Positions 36,195 through 50,691 of a DNA stretch of 64,000 nucleotides are shown in pieces; positions within the stretch are counted from its first letter, which is position 1, and the number at the start of each line of letters is the position of its first letter. Location of the stretch: positions 29,512,001 to 29,576,000 of the forward strand of contig OX597836.1 of the NCBI GenBank assembly GCA_951406725.2, written 5' to 3'. Source of the stretch: Octopus vulgaris (Eukaryota). The translations under genes and the position numbers were made by a program. The notes under the pieces are model-generated. The model did not search any database, was not told the DNA's origin, and saw only the letters and a list, made by a program, of their open reading frames with translations.

Positions 36195-36924
36195 AAGAGA
36201 CTGATAGAATAAGTACTAGGCTTACAAAGAATAAGTCCTGGGGTCGATTTGCTCGACTAAAGGCGGTGCTCCAGCATGGCCACAGTCAAACGACTGAAAC
36301 AAGTAAAAGAATATGTATTTATTGCAAGAAACAGCTAGCTTCCTTTCCCTGACGTTTTACACACTTCAACCTACACAAGTTAACGTGTGAGAAACAAAAT
36401 AGGAATTTTGAAAGTGGTATCTATAAAACTTGTTTATAAACACAGAATGACTATAGCAATCAAAGGGATCTAGACGTAAAAAATGACTGACAGCCACCGA
36501 TGTAAAGTCTTCCTTATTGGTATGATTTCAGGGGCAGTTTTAATGTTGGATAGCTTCAACCTGAAATTCTCTGGGTACTAATCTTTCAAGGTCATAGAAA
36601 TATGTCACATCTAAATCGACTAATTTATTCCTCTGAGAAAATAAGGAGCAATGCAAATGGAACCCTACCTGCCACCAACAAACTGGATAGACAGCAAAAA
36701 TTGGTAGAGAATTAGGACAAAATAATTTGTGGCATTTGTTTTCAAGTTTAACCCTTCAACCCTTTTGTTACCAACCCGGCTGAAACCGGCTCTGGCTATG
36801 TGTACAAATGTCTTGTATACATAAGTTTTGAATTAAAATCTTCCACCAAACCTTAGTCACAATTTATGTTCCTAACACTAGCTGAATTATAATTAAGTTA
36901 TTTTACTAAATTTCTATTTTTTTA

Positions 36925-37131
36925 TTCTATTTTACTTGTTTCAGTCATTTGACTGCGGCCATGCTGGAGCACCGCCTTTAGTCGAGCAAATCGACCCCGG
37001 GACTTATTCTTTGTAAGCCGAGTACTTATTCTATCGGTCTCTTTTGCCGAGCCGCTAAGTGACGGAGACGTAAACACACCAGCATCGGTTGTCAAGCAAT
37101 GCTAGGGGGACAAACACAGACACACAAACAT

Positions 37132-37162
<31 letters not shown>

Positions 37163-37325
37163 CATATATACGACAGGCTTCTTTCAGTTTCCGTCTACCA
37201 AATCCACTCTCAAGGCATTGGTTGGCCCGAGGCTATAGCAGAAGACACTTGCCCAAGATGCCATGCAGTGGGACTGAACCCGGAACCATGTGGTTGGTAG
37301 GCAAGCTACTTACCACACAGCCACT
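36925..37325 (-). mobile_element. SINE family A, inserted in a piggyBac-like MITE
   Basis: Interrupts the MITE sequence ...ttttactaaatt / ttgttataatttttaaattaattgaaagaaac. Confidence 0.85.
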
Positions 37326-37745
37326 GCTGCTTGTTATAATTTTTAAATTAATTGAAAGAAACACAGAGCATCTCAAAATAAATACAGTAACGAAAGAGTC
37401 AGGCATTCACATTACTCTGTCAAATGTTATGCGTATTTGTTCACATTGTTTTGAATTAATCCTGCATTATTTCATAACTTTGAGATTTCAATGATGTGTT
37501 ACTTGTTTTTAGAATGACATTGTAGGGCATGTGTGAGAGACTGGATCTGGTCAGTCTGAACATAAAACAGGTAGAATACTTGGGCTGGCTAAATGCTAAA
37601 GAGTTAACTGTTGCCCGGGTCAACTTTGCCTTTCATTCTTACACAATCAATATGATATATAATGGAGAATTGATGCAATCAACTATATCCCAGTATGGCC
37701 ACAGTTCACAGACTAAAACTGGTGCAAAAATATAAAAAATAATTG

Positions 37746-37783
<38 letters not shown>

Positions 37784-38149
37784 CAGGCAGTTCACAAAGA
37801 AATTACATAAGCAACAATAAACAAAAAAGAACAAACAAAAAAATGTTTAGAAAAGAGAGGGAAATAAAATAAAGCAAGACTGATAGTCAATAGCTGTGAA
37901 ATATCACCAGTCCTACATGTATGGATTGCTTTTGGTTTTTTTATAACACTGTTTGAAGTTGCTTGTCCAGTCTACATGAAACATAGACACATTAACATTA
38001 TATCTGAAAACTATAAATTCAAATGAAGGATTGTCAACATGAATGTAAGACATACTAGAAATAGCAGTGAAATAACAAAAGAAAATATTTATAAAGAAGG
38101 AAGGACATATTGAATAATGTACTATAGGCACAGATGTGACTGTGTAGTA

Positions 38150-38465
38150 AATAATAATAATAATGAATTTATTGTATACAGTGCTCAGGTGCACCATAAC
38201 TTGTCAAAAGAGCATATAAAGCATATGCAGTAATGTACAAATGTCTGGGAAGCGAACAGTGTATGAGTCAGATACATGCTTGCGTGTGTATGGAGGGGAG
38301 AAAATCAGGTGTAGTGTTGGCGAATCTCAGGAAGCATGGAAGTTTTGACGGATGCAGTGGATGCAGTGCTGCGACAACTAACAACTGATGCCGGCAGTCT
38401 GTTCCATGCTTCAGCAACTCCTAGCGTGAAAAAATATTTTCGAAAGTCATGGGAGCTGTGCTTCA
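38150..38465 (-). mobile_element. CR1-type LINE 3' end
   Basis: Reads approximately HSSHDFRKYFFTLGVAEAWNRLPASVVSC, with an (ATT)n tail. Confidence 0.78.
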
Positions 38466-39294
38466 CAACCACATAGTTCCAGGCAGAGTCCCACTGTGTG
38501 ACATCTTGAGCAAGCGTCTTCTACTATAGCCCTGGGCACACCAAAGCCTTGTTACAGGATTTGGTAGATAGAAACTGAAAAACAATTCCAGTGTATGTGT
38601 GTGTGTGCCTCGACATTGTGTGGTAGCTGTAAATAAGTGTAATTTCATTAGTATAAGTGATACGTTAGTATGTGATACAAGTTCATTAATATTGTACTGT
38701 GCAAAGCAGAGTGAAGCAGGGCTTCCTAGTAAACTAGCCAGGCAGCTGTGGAAATTTGCAGTTCCTGCTCATAGATTAGAATGGATTATGAAAGGTTCTG
38801 AACTATCAGCATCCAGGAAGTCAGTGTTGTACCTAAAATGATTTTGGGTAGAGTTGATAACAACCATGTTAAACTATGTTTAGTTGAGCCAATGAGCAAA
38901 CTTATATGTTTCTCAACCATTTTTTTTTTACCTAAGGACCCCTTCGGCTCCTGTTTAACTTTTGACCCCTCAGAGCCATACATGTTTTAAAAATCCCATT
39001 AGGTTTCCATAATTAAATATTATTGAAAATTGTATTTAAAAAATTGTTAAAGGATTTTTGTGCATTGTAGAAGTTTAACCAATAAATTGCACATAAATTT
39101 TAGCAACTAAATCTTATACGGACCACGGACGAGAACTGCTGTTCTATATCATGGGGTGGGGAACACCTTGCTCTTGAGAGAGATTTCACCTACATTCACA
39201 TTTGAAACTTAAAACCCAATGACAAAGACTCAAAAATCTCAAAAGAAAAAAAATATCACTTGAGCCTTCAGACCAAAACAGTAATTCAACCCTT

Positions 39295-39702
39295 GGATCT
39301 TTTCGGTTTGACCGGCAGTTTTTTAAAATTTCCACGTAACTAAACACTTTTAAACTTCGTATACTGGTAGAATATGTTTATAAAACATCTTTTTCTCTTG
39401 GCTTTTTTGAGAAAATTCTATAGTTTGTAAGATATTTGTTGTTGTTTTTCTTCAATTTCTGCAATTTCAACCAATCACTGACGTCTATTGAGGTAAAAAC
39501 ATTCTGTGCCGTATGAATATGTCCCTCGTTTAAGAAACAGATTGGGTTTATTTACATTTCTGAAGAAAAAGAGATACCCTTCCCCCCACCCCTAACCCTA
39601 AAACAGATTGAAATGCAATAGATCAATACTCAGGTCATAATTATGGGTGACAATTTCCTATGGCACCGCTAGAAAAAACTGCCGTTCAAACCGAAAAGAT
39701 CC
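39295..39702. mobile_element. Non-autonomous TIR element, family unassigned
   Basis: ~30-bp TIRs ggatcttttcggtttgaccggcagtttttt / aaaaaactgccgttcaaaccgaaaagatcc, with 1 mismatch. Confidence 0.85.
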
Positions 39703-41531
39703 AACTCCTGTTCTAAATCATGGGGTGGGGAACACCTTGCTCTTGGGAGAGATTTCACCTACATTCAGATTTGAAACTGAAAACCTAATGACAAAGAATC
39801 AAAAATCTCAAAAGAAAAACAAAAAAAAAAATCGCTTGAGCCTTCAGACCAAAACGGTAATTCAACCATTTTGATAGGAACATGCCTTAGGCTACATCTG
39901 GTTCTCAGATACAAAATTCCTATTTTAAAGTGATGTAAATTAAATTCTCTCATCAAAATCTTGTGTTAATTTATGTTCCAAACATTAGCTTGATAAACTT
40001 TTCATTATTTTCAGAATCAACTGAAAGGCAGCATATTTCAACAGAAATATGCATAGAAAAGGTTAATACAAGCCGCATATTTATGAATGTATAGAATAAA
40101 ACATTCATTATTTTTTTTTAGGTACAGATGTACCCCCACGGGTTCATATGCACCTACATTTCATTCACTGTACTAAAGAGAGTCCTCATTATTTTTATAT
40201 GTAGCTGCTTCGGCTGTTACAAATAACAGCCAAAATCCTTCAAATTAAATCTTACTGTTTTAAAAACAAAAAAAAAAGAACACATTGTATAATGTAAAGT
40301 AATCCTAGACATACAAAAAGGTGAAAAGGTCACAGCTGCAACATTTTTTATCATAGGTCTGCTCAGTTAGGATGACCAAGGGCTAAAAAAGAACAACTGT
40401 CGGTTTAAACAGTTATAACATTGTTTCTAAAGTTTTGAACAGAAACCTTCTGACTGTATTGTCCATTGCTGTTTTAGCCCCAGGTAAGCCCTGATTGAGC
40501 CAACCTCTGATCAAAAGGTATTCCAGCTACGACCACCCCATACTCTACTCTTTTACTTGTTTCAGTCATTTGACTGCGGCCATGCTGGAGCACCACCTTT
40601 AGTCAAGCAAATCGACCCCAGGACTTATTCTTTCTAAGCCTAGTACTTGTTCTATCGGTCTCTTTTGCTGAACCATTAAGTTACAGGGACGCAAAGACAC
40701 CAGCATTGGTTGTCAAGCGATGTTGGGGGTATAAACACAAACACACACACATATATATGATGGGCTTCTTTCAGTTTCCATCTACCAAATCCACTCACAA
40801 GGCTTTGGTTGGCCCGAGGCTATAGTAGAACACACTTGCCTAAGCTGCCACGCAGTGGGACTGAACCCGGAACCAAGCTACTTACCACACAGCCACTCCA
40901 TATTTATTTTTATATATATATATATCTAAGACTAGACTGCTGTGGTTGTGTGGGAGAATCGTTAGCGCACCTGGCAAAATGCTAAGCAGCATTTCATCTG
41001 TCTCTATGTTCTGAGTTCAAATTCTGCCATGGTCGACTTTCCCTTTCATCTTTTCGGGGTCTATGAAACAAGTACCAGTTGAACACTGGGGTTCACATAA
41101 TCCACTCACCCACTTTCCTGAAATGTCCATCAACATGCATTAAGCTTAATACTTGGGACATAAACCAACACAAAATTCTGATAAGATTTAATCTAGACAA
41201 TTCAAAACAAGAAGTTTTTATCATAGAACCAAGGCCAGTCTCAGGCAGATTTGTACCAAAGAGGTTAAGCTCAAAACAGTAATTTGATACTTGAATCCCT
41301 ATCAAAACTAGAAATTCAGTATTTTACTCAGCATGGATACACCCTACAGGTTCAAATATTCATATACACTTGAAATCTCCCTCTGGGTTAAAAATAAAAA
41401 AATTAAAAAAAAAAAAAAACAATGCCTGAGAGGTAGGTTTCTTTATTGGATCATATATCTTATACCGTGTTGTGTTGTCTCGTATGACATTAGTCTTCTC
41501 AGGTTTCTCCTAACCCCATTTTTTAAATTTT

Positions 41532-41940
41532 AGGATTACATTAACTAATGTGCCTTTTCTCATTTTCAAGACGATGGAGGAGTAGTTTGAGGGAGATCTG
41601 GAGCTATTTCTAGCATGTTGGGTGACCATATGCTAGCATCTGTGTTGACTTGAGGTGCATAGAAGTTTTTCTAAGGAGTACTTAGGACTATACTATCTAG
41701 TGTGTCCTTCCTCATTTTCAAGATGTGGTATGGTTCAAGGGAGATTTGACTGCTATTTCTTGCATATTGTGACCATATAGTGGCATTTTTGTTGAGTTGT
41801 GGAGCATAGTATGGGTACCTAGGACTATATTATCTAATATGTCCTTCTTCATTTCAAAGATGATGAGGTATAGTTCAAGGGAGATTTGACTGCTATTTCT
41901 AGCATGTTGAGCAATGACACAGAAGCTCCTTCGTTGACTT
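41532..41940. repeat. Three diverged tandem copies of a ~140-bp dispersed repeat unit
   Basis: aggact/ttata...tccttc...ttcaag...gggagatttgactgctatttct recurs three times. Confidence 0.75.
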
Positions 41941-42128
41941 TATAGATATTTTCTTAAAAGTTCATCATCTCCAGCTTTACTAAAAGCAAAATGTATTACA
42001 TAAGTTACAGGCACATGTGGTCTCAGGTTCAGTCCCACTATGTGGCGTTTTCGGCAAGTGTTTTCCTGCTTCAGGCTGACCAAAGTCTTCAGAGTGGATA
42101 TTGAAGACAGAAACTGAAAGTTGCCCAT

Positions 42129-42172
<44 letters not shown>

Positions 42173-45100
42173 CATATATATATCGGCTTCCGTGCCAGTG
42201 GCACATAAAAGGCACCATTCGAGTGTGATCGTTACCAGCTCCACCTTACTGGCACTTGTGCCCCGTACTTGTAGGGTGCTAAGAGCACCATCCGAGCATG
42301 ATCGTTGCCAGAGTGGCTAACTGGCTTCCGTGCCAGTGGCATGTAAGAGGCTCCATTCGAGCGGGATTGTTACCAGCATCACCTTACTGGCACCTGTGCC
42401 GTTGGCATGTGTAAAAAGATTCGAGCGAGGTTGTTGCCAGTACCGCCTGACTGGCCCCCATGCCGGTGGCACGTAAAAGCACCCACTGCACTCTCGGAGT
42501 GGTTGGCGTTAGGAAGAGCATCCAGCTGTAGAAACTCTGCCAGATCAAGACTGGAGCCTGGTGCAGCCATCTGGTTCGCCAGCCCTCAGCCAAAATCGTC
42601 CAACCCATGCTAGCATGGAAAGCGGATGTTAAACAATGATGATGATGATGATGATATATCATCATCATTTGAAGTCCCTTTTCCATGCTGGCATGGGCTG
42701 GACAGTTTGACAGGAGCTGGTAAGGCCAGGAGCCCAAACTAGGTTCCATTGTGTGTTCTGGCATGGTTTTCTATGGCTTGTTGCCCTTCCTAATGGCAAT
42801 CACTTTACAGAGTATACAGGGTGCTTTTAACATAGCACCAGCACCAATGTGTTTTATGTGATACCAGCACTGGTATCAATTCTGTTGTGGTCGAGGTGTC
42901 TTCTTGAGTATAGCAAGGTGCCAGGTATCTCAGTTTGTCTGTCTGTACGTACGTATGTATGTCTGTCTGTGTTTGTGTGTGTGACCCTTTGTCTAGGCAC
43001 CACAGGATGATTTTAAACAAGTATCACTGTCGTACAAGTGATGTTATTCATTTCCAATCTTCCATGGGAAAATATTTCTAGCTTGCCTGGAAACAGATAA
43101 AAGTTGGCAAGAGGAAGGGCATCCAACCACAGAAAATTTGCCTTAAGTTCTTTGACCCATGCAACTATGAAAAAGTAGACATTAAATGATGATGATGATT
43201 AAGACTTGTTTTTTCACAGACTAATGAAAGTGTAATTAAAATCTATGAACTAAACAAATTTTCAAATTAGTATTGTTGTAATTGCTAATGTTTAGCCCCA
43301 GGTCAGCTCAGATCCAGCAAATGTTTAAAGACATTCCAATCATGTAGTATATCTAAAAAGTGTCCTTCCCTCATTTTTTTCTGTCCCATTTCACACCCCC
43401 ATAAATTTGAAGGTGCATGACCTAGTGGTCAGGTTGTTTAACTCACGATCGCAAGACCATGGTTTCACTTTCCATGATTGGACAGTGCATGGTGTTCTTG
43501 AACAAAACATTCCATTTTATGTTTCTGCAGTCCATGCAGCTGCAAATGAGCGACCCTGCAATGGACAGGAATCCCATTAAGGCTGAAATATGATCTTGGT
43601 CAGCTATACACCATGGAAACCGGATATCTAGCTCTGAGAGTTCTAGGGCATGCAACAGTACTTACTTTTACTAAGACAGTAAGGTATAATTTGAAGGAGA
43701 TTTAGCTGTTATTTCTAAAAAGTGCTGCTGGCTAGCAAAATTTTAATTTTTTTAAATATCTCATTGTTTAATTCTCCAGAAAAAAATCCAGTCTTCAAAT
43801 AAGTGTCTTCCAGTCATGAGAAAAGTTATGCAATTAGATTCTAATCAATATATTGATTTCTGCCTAAATCAATTTACAACATAATTTCTACTTCTATGAA
43901 GACAGTTGATTGGTAGACAGATATTAATAGATATCAGGAAAGGAAGGCGACTACTTTATACAAGAAAGGCTTACAATACCTTCATAGCAACTACTTCCAT
44001 GGATAAAGTTTACCAGAAGTTGTTTTTTTTCATCTTTTAGCATTTAAACTGGCCATGTCTGGCAACCAGTATTATGTTCAAATCAGCCAGATCAGGCCTC
44101 TTACACCTACCCTGTAATGTCATTTTAGAAATGAACAATCACATCCTCGAAACCTCATAGCTACAGGTAATGCATGATTAATTCAAAACAATGTGAATAA
44201 ATAAGCATTGCCTTTGATGAAGCAATCTGAGTTATAAAAGATAATCTTGTAGACAGAAAGGGCACAGACATCATCATCGTCGTTTAACGTCCGTTCTCCA
44301 TGCTAGCATGGGTTGGACGGTTCGACCGGGGTTCTGGGAAGCCAGAAGGCTGCACCAGGCTCCAGTCTAATCTGGCAATGTTTCTACAGCTGGATGCCCT
44401 TCCTAACGCCAACCACTCCGTGAGTGTAGTGGGTGCTTTTTACGTGCCACCTGCACAGGTGCCAGGCGGGGCTGGCAACGGCCACGGTCAGATTGGTGTA
44501 TTTTATGTGCCACTGGCACGGAAGCCAGTCGAGGCGGTGCTGGCATCGGCCACGAGTCGGATATTGCATTTTACGTACCACCAGACCAGGGATCCTGGCT
44601 GGTTCAATTCGATTTCGATTGCCCCAACATGTCTTCACAAGCAAAGGGGGTTGGCAAGGGTGCCTGTCGTACGGTCGCATTGGAGTATTTTACGTGCCAC
44701 GGCCACGAGTCGGAGAGTGTAGTGGGTGCTTTTTATGTGCCACCCGCACAGATATGCCAAGGCCTGAAATTTTATGGCAAGGAACTAGCCAATTACATCA
44801 ATCCCCAATGCTCAATTCATAAAAAATGATTGGAAAAAAAAAAAAAAAGACAAGCAAGGTTGACCTCAGAATTTGAACTCAGAACCCAAAAAAATGCCAC
44901 TAAGCAATTTTTCTAGTATGCTAAAGATTTTACCAGCTTACTGCTTTGCTTTGGCCTCTGATAATAAGATAGCATTCATTAATGAGAAAAGCTAATCTCT
45001 TCCAAACATGTTTCCCATTTCCTGTTAACTAAGGCCTTCCTTGTTTTGATACTTTACATGTGCATCAAACATGTTTAACAATTTCATGTTCTCAACAGAT

Positions 45101-45285
45101 TTTCATAAATTGGATTAAGCTACAAATGTTTTAATAGGAATCATATATCTTAAATGCATAAAGCTGTAAATATGTTTACATTGTACATTTAATAAACAGA
45201 TATTTAACCCTCTGCTTTGACCTCAGTGTCAATTTACATAGCATGCTTAAATGTATCAAATATATACTTGTATTTATTAAACATA

Positions 45286-45485
45286 CTCTTACTCTTTTAC
45301 TTGTTTCAGTCATTTGACTGCGGCCATGCTGGAGCACCGCCTTTTAGTCGAGCAAATCGACCCCGGGACTTATTCTTTGTAAGCCCAGTACTTATTCTAT
45401 CGATCTCTTTTGCCGAACCGCTAAGTGACGGGGACGTAAACACACCAGCATCGGTTGTCAAGCAATGCTAGGGGGACAAACACAA

Positions 45486-45526
<41 letters not shown>

Positions 45527-45689
45527 CGACAGGCTTCTTTCAGTTTCCGTCTACCAAATCCACTCACAAGGCATTGGTCGGCCCGGGGCTATAGCAGAAG
45601 ACACTTGCCCAAGATGCCACACAGTGGGACTGAATCCAGAACCATGTGGTTGGTTAGCAAGCTACTTACCACACAGCCACTCCTGCGCC
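45286..45689 (-). mobile_element. SINE family A, full length
   Basis: Head ggcgcaggagtggctgtgtggtaag on the minus strand. Confidence 0.9.
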
Positions 45690-47169
45690 TTGTAATTTGT
45701 TGACAACTTATCCACAAATATGATGCCATACCTGTCTCTACCTCAGTTAATTAACTCTTAATCATCATCATCATTTTAATGTCCATTTTTCCATGATTGC
45801 ATAGGTTGGATGGAATTTTGTTGTGGCAAATCTCCCATAGCTGAATGCTCTTCCTAATGCCAACCCTCACCTGTTTCCAAGTAAGGTAATATTTCCTCAT
45901 ATTTCGATTCCCAGACCGTGCGTTGTGAGTGTTTATTGAGCGAAAACACCTAAAGCTCCACGAGGCTCCGGCAGGGGATGGTGGTGATCCCTGCTGTACT
46001 CTTTCACCACAACTTTCTCTCACTCTTACTTCCTGTTTCTGTTGTACATGTATTTCAAAGGGCCAGCCTTGTCACTGTGTCATGCTGAATATCCCCGAGA
46101 ACTACGTTAAGGGTACACGTATCTGTGGAGTGCTCAACCACTTACACATTAATTTCACAAGCAGGCTGTTCCGTTGATCGGATCAACCGGAACCCTCGGC
46201 GTCGTAACCGACGGAGTGCTTCCAAAAATATTTCCTCATAACCAGACATGTTTTCATGGAAGATTGGGAATGAAAGACGACACCACTTGCACAACAGTGA
46301 AACTCGCTTACACTCAAAAGGTTTTTGGATAGCCCAGGGTTATAGCAGAAGACACATACCCAATATACCATATAGAGGGACTGAAACCAAACATCTTATC
46401 ACACAACCATGCTTGTTCATATAAAATGCTATTGGCATTTGTTTGAATTAAAAGCCCAGTCTACAAATGATTCTGTTAAAAACAAAAATGAATGATAGGG
46501 GAAGGGGTTAGAATTATTTCCCTTATACTAAAGTATGGCGCACTTCCTTCAAAATGAAGGTGAACAAAATTAGTATGTTTCTTGTGAAATCGTGCATTTC
46601 AGGGACTGACTGACCGAAGCAGTCCTGTGTATATGCATTGCTAATGAATGTACTAACGTGCAAATTAGTAAAATCAGTGCTGGCTGCCAATTTCATTTTT
46701 TACAATTTGTTGTCATCCACACACACACACATTCTCTCTCTCTCTGTAAAAACTAGAAATGAACAGTTGAAATTATTCAAGGTGTTCGTAAGTTTGTGCC
46801 ACCTAGTGAGGTTAAATGCATGTATCAGGCCATATAGAAAGTTCTGTCTGATTTACAAGCATGAACCTGTTGAAACAGGGTTTTTTTTTTGGCTCTAGGC
46901 TGTAAATACTAGCGCCATTCACTGATTCATAATCATTTCATGAGTTCCTGCAGAGCAACAACCACATTTTAGTACATTAATTTTCTATGTGAAGAGCTTA
47001 TCACGGAATCAAAGCAAAGTGCATATTTGTGATATACTTTACAACAGGCATGGGTAACCTTTTTCAAGAAGCAGGCTGCATGAGACATAACTCATCACCA
47101 TCAGGTGTGCTGTGCTACTGAAAAATTTCATTAGACATGCCATTCAGAAAGTCTTGCAGACTGCAGGTC

Positions 47170-47510
47170 GCACATGGTTGATTTACAAGTTTCATTGAGG
47201 TTCTAATGCAATTGAAGCAGGCAAAAATATTTGTAAGGTTTTATGATCAAGATGTAATGAATGGAAGAACTTTGGAAAGGTGGATTGAAAAATTCAGACA
47301 CGGCAATTTTAATATGCTTGAGGAGCCTTATATCAGGGCATTCTTCCAAATTGGACAACAAAAGGTTAGAGATAACATTTGTGAGGAATTATACCATAAC
47401 CATAAAAGAGCTTTCATTGAATTCAATGTTAACATTATGACTGTCCATAATCATTTCAAGAAGCTAAGGTTGATTTCAAAGGAGGGAAAATGGGTTCCTC
47501 ATACACATTT
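47170..47510 (+). mobile_element. mariner transposase N-terminal fragment
   Basis: RTLERWIEKFRHGNFN...TVHNHFKKLRLISKEGKWVPH; WVPH is the start of the mariner WVPHEL linker. Confidence 0.8.
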
Positions 47511-50353
47511 AGTGGCAAATTTTCAATACTGTACCTTCTGACATACATGTCAAATTTTTCAGGACAATATCTACAGCCAAAGATAGAAAAAAATGCAAAA
47601 AAAAAAAGATAGGTTTGGCTTATACACTGAGACAACTTTGCAGGACCAAAAATTCCAAGTGGAAAGCAAAGCGATTTAGAAAGATAGTGACAATATTTGA
47701 ATGGTTTACATTCAAGATGTGCAGAAGATGCACTCTTTCTAACTAAGGTTGGAGTGATGAGGCTAAATTTAAATTAAATAGCTCAATTGACTGCCACAAA
47801 TGTACCTGCTGGAGACTTGAGAATCTGCATATTACAAAGGAATATCATGTTAATTTATCAGGTGTTACAGAATGGTGTGGCTTATCATCAAAAGGATTAA
47901 TTGGACCATTCTGTTTTTGATGTTTACTATGGAAACAGCTGTAAGCCAAATTTACTTTAACAAACAAAAATATGTAATGACCATTGTTTATACTTTGTTT
48001 TATATTATCACTGTGTAAAAACCAGTTTGTCTAGAACCCATCCATGAATTTACAGTACAGAATTGTGATGAACCATAAACTCGGAACTGGCCATAAGAAT
48101 ACATGGAGTTCGTCACTAACCTAAACAATATCGATAGCCTGGTGTGCCAACAGAGAGCTTATGAAGTATTTTGCCCAGATTGATAATCCCTCACTATTAT
48201 CTACAGTGGTTTGGTGTTAGGAAGGGCATCTAGCTGTAAAATCCCTACCAAAACAGACACAGTAGCCTAGGGTAGTTTTTTTCTACCAGGCCGGCTCCTG
48301 TCAACTCTCCTGCCCATGCATGCATAGAAGACAGACGTAAAACGATGATGGTGACATACACACACACACACACACCACCTTCGAAACGTAGAGTAGATGA
48401 AACCATGGCGACTGAAGAAGGGTTTTTTTCTTTGTGTTAATTGTCCTGTACTCTATTTTTTTGTTGTTTAAAAAAATGTCCAGTTCCTTGGATTTGTGTC
48501 TATGTTTTCGTTTCTCATTGTGTTCGACATTTTTTTGGTGTCCTGTACTCATATATGCGTGTATATATACATGTATGGTAGGTACGTACATATATGTTTA
48601 TATATATGCATATGTTTTATTTATTAATTTATATATATATATATATATATATATCCATTATGTTGTTAACTAGTACTAGGTTAACTTGGACTGAACAGAT
48701 CAATGATGAAAGGCCTTCCCAGCTGTGATCTTCCCAGATTGTATTCAGAAATAGTCTATCTAGTACTCTACTATTCTCTGTATCCCATTTTTTAAGATGT
48801 TAGTGTACAATTTCAGAGAGATTTGGCAGCTATTCCTTGCAAATCAAGTAACCATAAACAGGTTTATTCCTTTATTCGCCATCTCCTTAATATTTTCTTC
48901 ATATGTAAGGCAGTGAGCTGGCAGAATCATTAAGTATACCAGGCAAAATGCTTGGCAGAATTTTGTTCATCTTCACATTCAGAGTTCAAATTCTGCCAAG
49001 GTCAACATTGACTTTTGGGGTCAATAAAATATGTACCAGTTGAACACTGGGGTCGATGTAATTGATTTTGCCCTCCTCCAAAACTGCTAGTCTTGCACCA
49101 AAATTTAAAATCAATACTCTCTTTGTATGTTATATAAACCCCCACCAAAAGAATATTTTCAAATTTACACAGAAAATCATTGAAAATAACATTCTGTGTA
49201 GATTTGAAAAATGGCTTAAAAATAAGTGGATTTTAAACAAAGATCTCAGTCAGCTTGGCTACTACCAACTTAATAAATAATAAATAACAATGTGAGAGTC
49301 TCTACTTGGCCACCAGACCTGCTAGAAACACCAGCCAAATCTCAAGCCACATTCTATTACCTTAACAAAAAAAATATTGCCCTCCCATTCTCATGAACTT
49401 ACCTGCCAACTCACTCAATCCAGACCTCTGTACCATTTCGTTTATATACAACACCCTTTAACTTGAGGATATGCCCTGACATCTCACTTTTCCCAACTGG
49501 GTATATCTGTAGTACAAGAGAGAGACACTACAGGTATCTCCTTTACTGCAAAACACCTGTTTCAGTCCATTCTATCATATTTTAACCTCTCATCACCTAG
49601 CACAAAGCTACCTCCCTCAATACTATTCCCTACTCAGATAAGGGGTCTTGTCTTGCAAGTTACCATTGATGAACTCGCTGGTCCTGGGGCCACATGAAAA
49701 GAAAAAAAAGCATCCAGTATATTCTGTAATGTGGTTGGCATTAGGAAAGGGATCCAACTGTAGAAACCATACCAAAGCAAGCAGTACAGTTTGGCACAAG
49801 GCTTGCCAGTTCTTGTCAAATCATGTAACCCATGCTAGCATGGAAAATGGACATTTGATGATGACGATGAATGCAATCTGAGCTGAACTATGGCTACAAG
49901 AGACTGGATTACCAGTGCTGGAAAGCTTTTAAATATAGTTCTGCTCAGCCAGGTTTGACCTAGAGAGTTAAACTACAAGTGGATATATGTTTTCTTGTCA
50001 AGAGAATCCAGACTGTAATCATTGACAGAACACACTTGTGTGTATGTGTGTGTATTTGTGTGTGTATGTGTGTGTGGAAGTCCTTGTGTTTATACCCCAC
50101 CACTACTTGGCAACCAGTCTAGGTTTGTTTATGTCTCTCCAACTGAGTGGTGTTGCAAAAAAAGACTGACAGAATAAGGAGCAAACTTAAAAAGAAGTCC
50201 TGGGGTTGATTTGTTCGATGAAACCCTTCAAGGCAGAAGCCCCAGCATGGCCACAGTCAATGACTGAAACAAGTAAATAAAAATGAAAAAAAAAATGCAC
50301 ACACATCCAAACAGCATTTAAATAGTATGCTATGTGTGCACACACATGCAAGC

Positions 50354-50387
<34 letters not shown>

Positions 50388-50691
50388 CACATGCAAACTG
50401 CTTTGAATTATTATGGGTTGGGTTAGATTGGATAATATTAGATTAGGTTAATAGGTTAAACAGATAATCAGGAAGACAGCTAGGCAATGGATAAGCTGTT
50501 GTATCGATAGATAGGTTTGATCAGAGAAATGTGATATTTTCTTTACTATTTACTAGTCTTCGATCCACTTATACGGATGCAGTTCACTCTGTTAGTAAAA
50601 CTGGGACAGTGATTCTACAGGTCACTTTGGTTTCTCATCACAAAACAACAACTATCAGAGCTCAAAGAGTTTGAGAGAGAAAAATGCAAGA

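Noticed and set aside
39590-39602. Telomeric CCCTAA repeats
   Set aside because: Only two units, internal to a TIR element.
45217-45703. Recurrent ORFs such as FQSFDCGHAGAPP... and YQIHSQGFGRPEAIVEDTCPRCH...
   Set aside because: They are chance translations of SINE family A, repeated at every copy.
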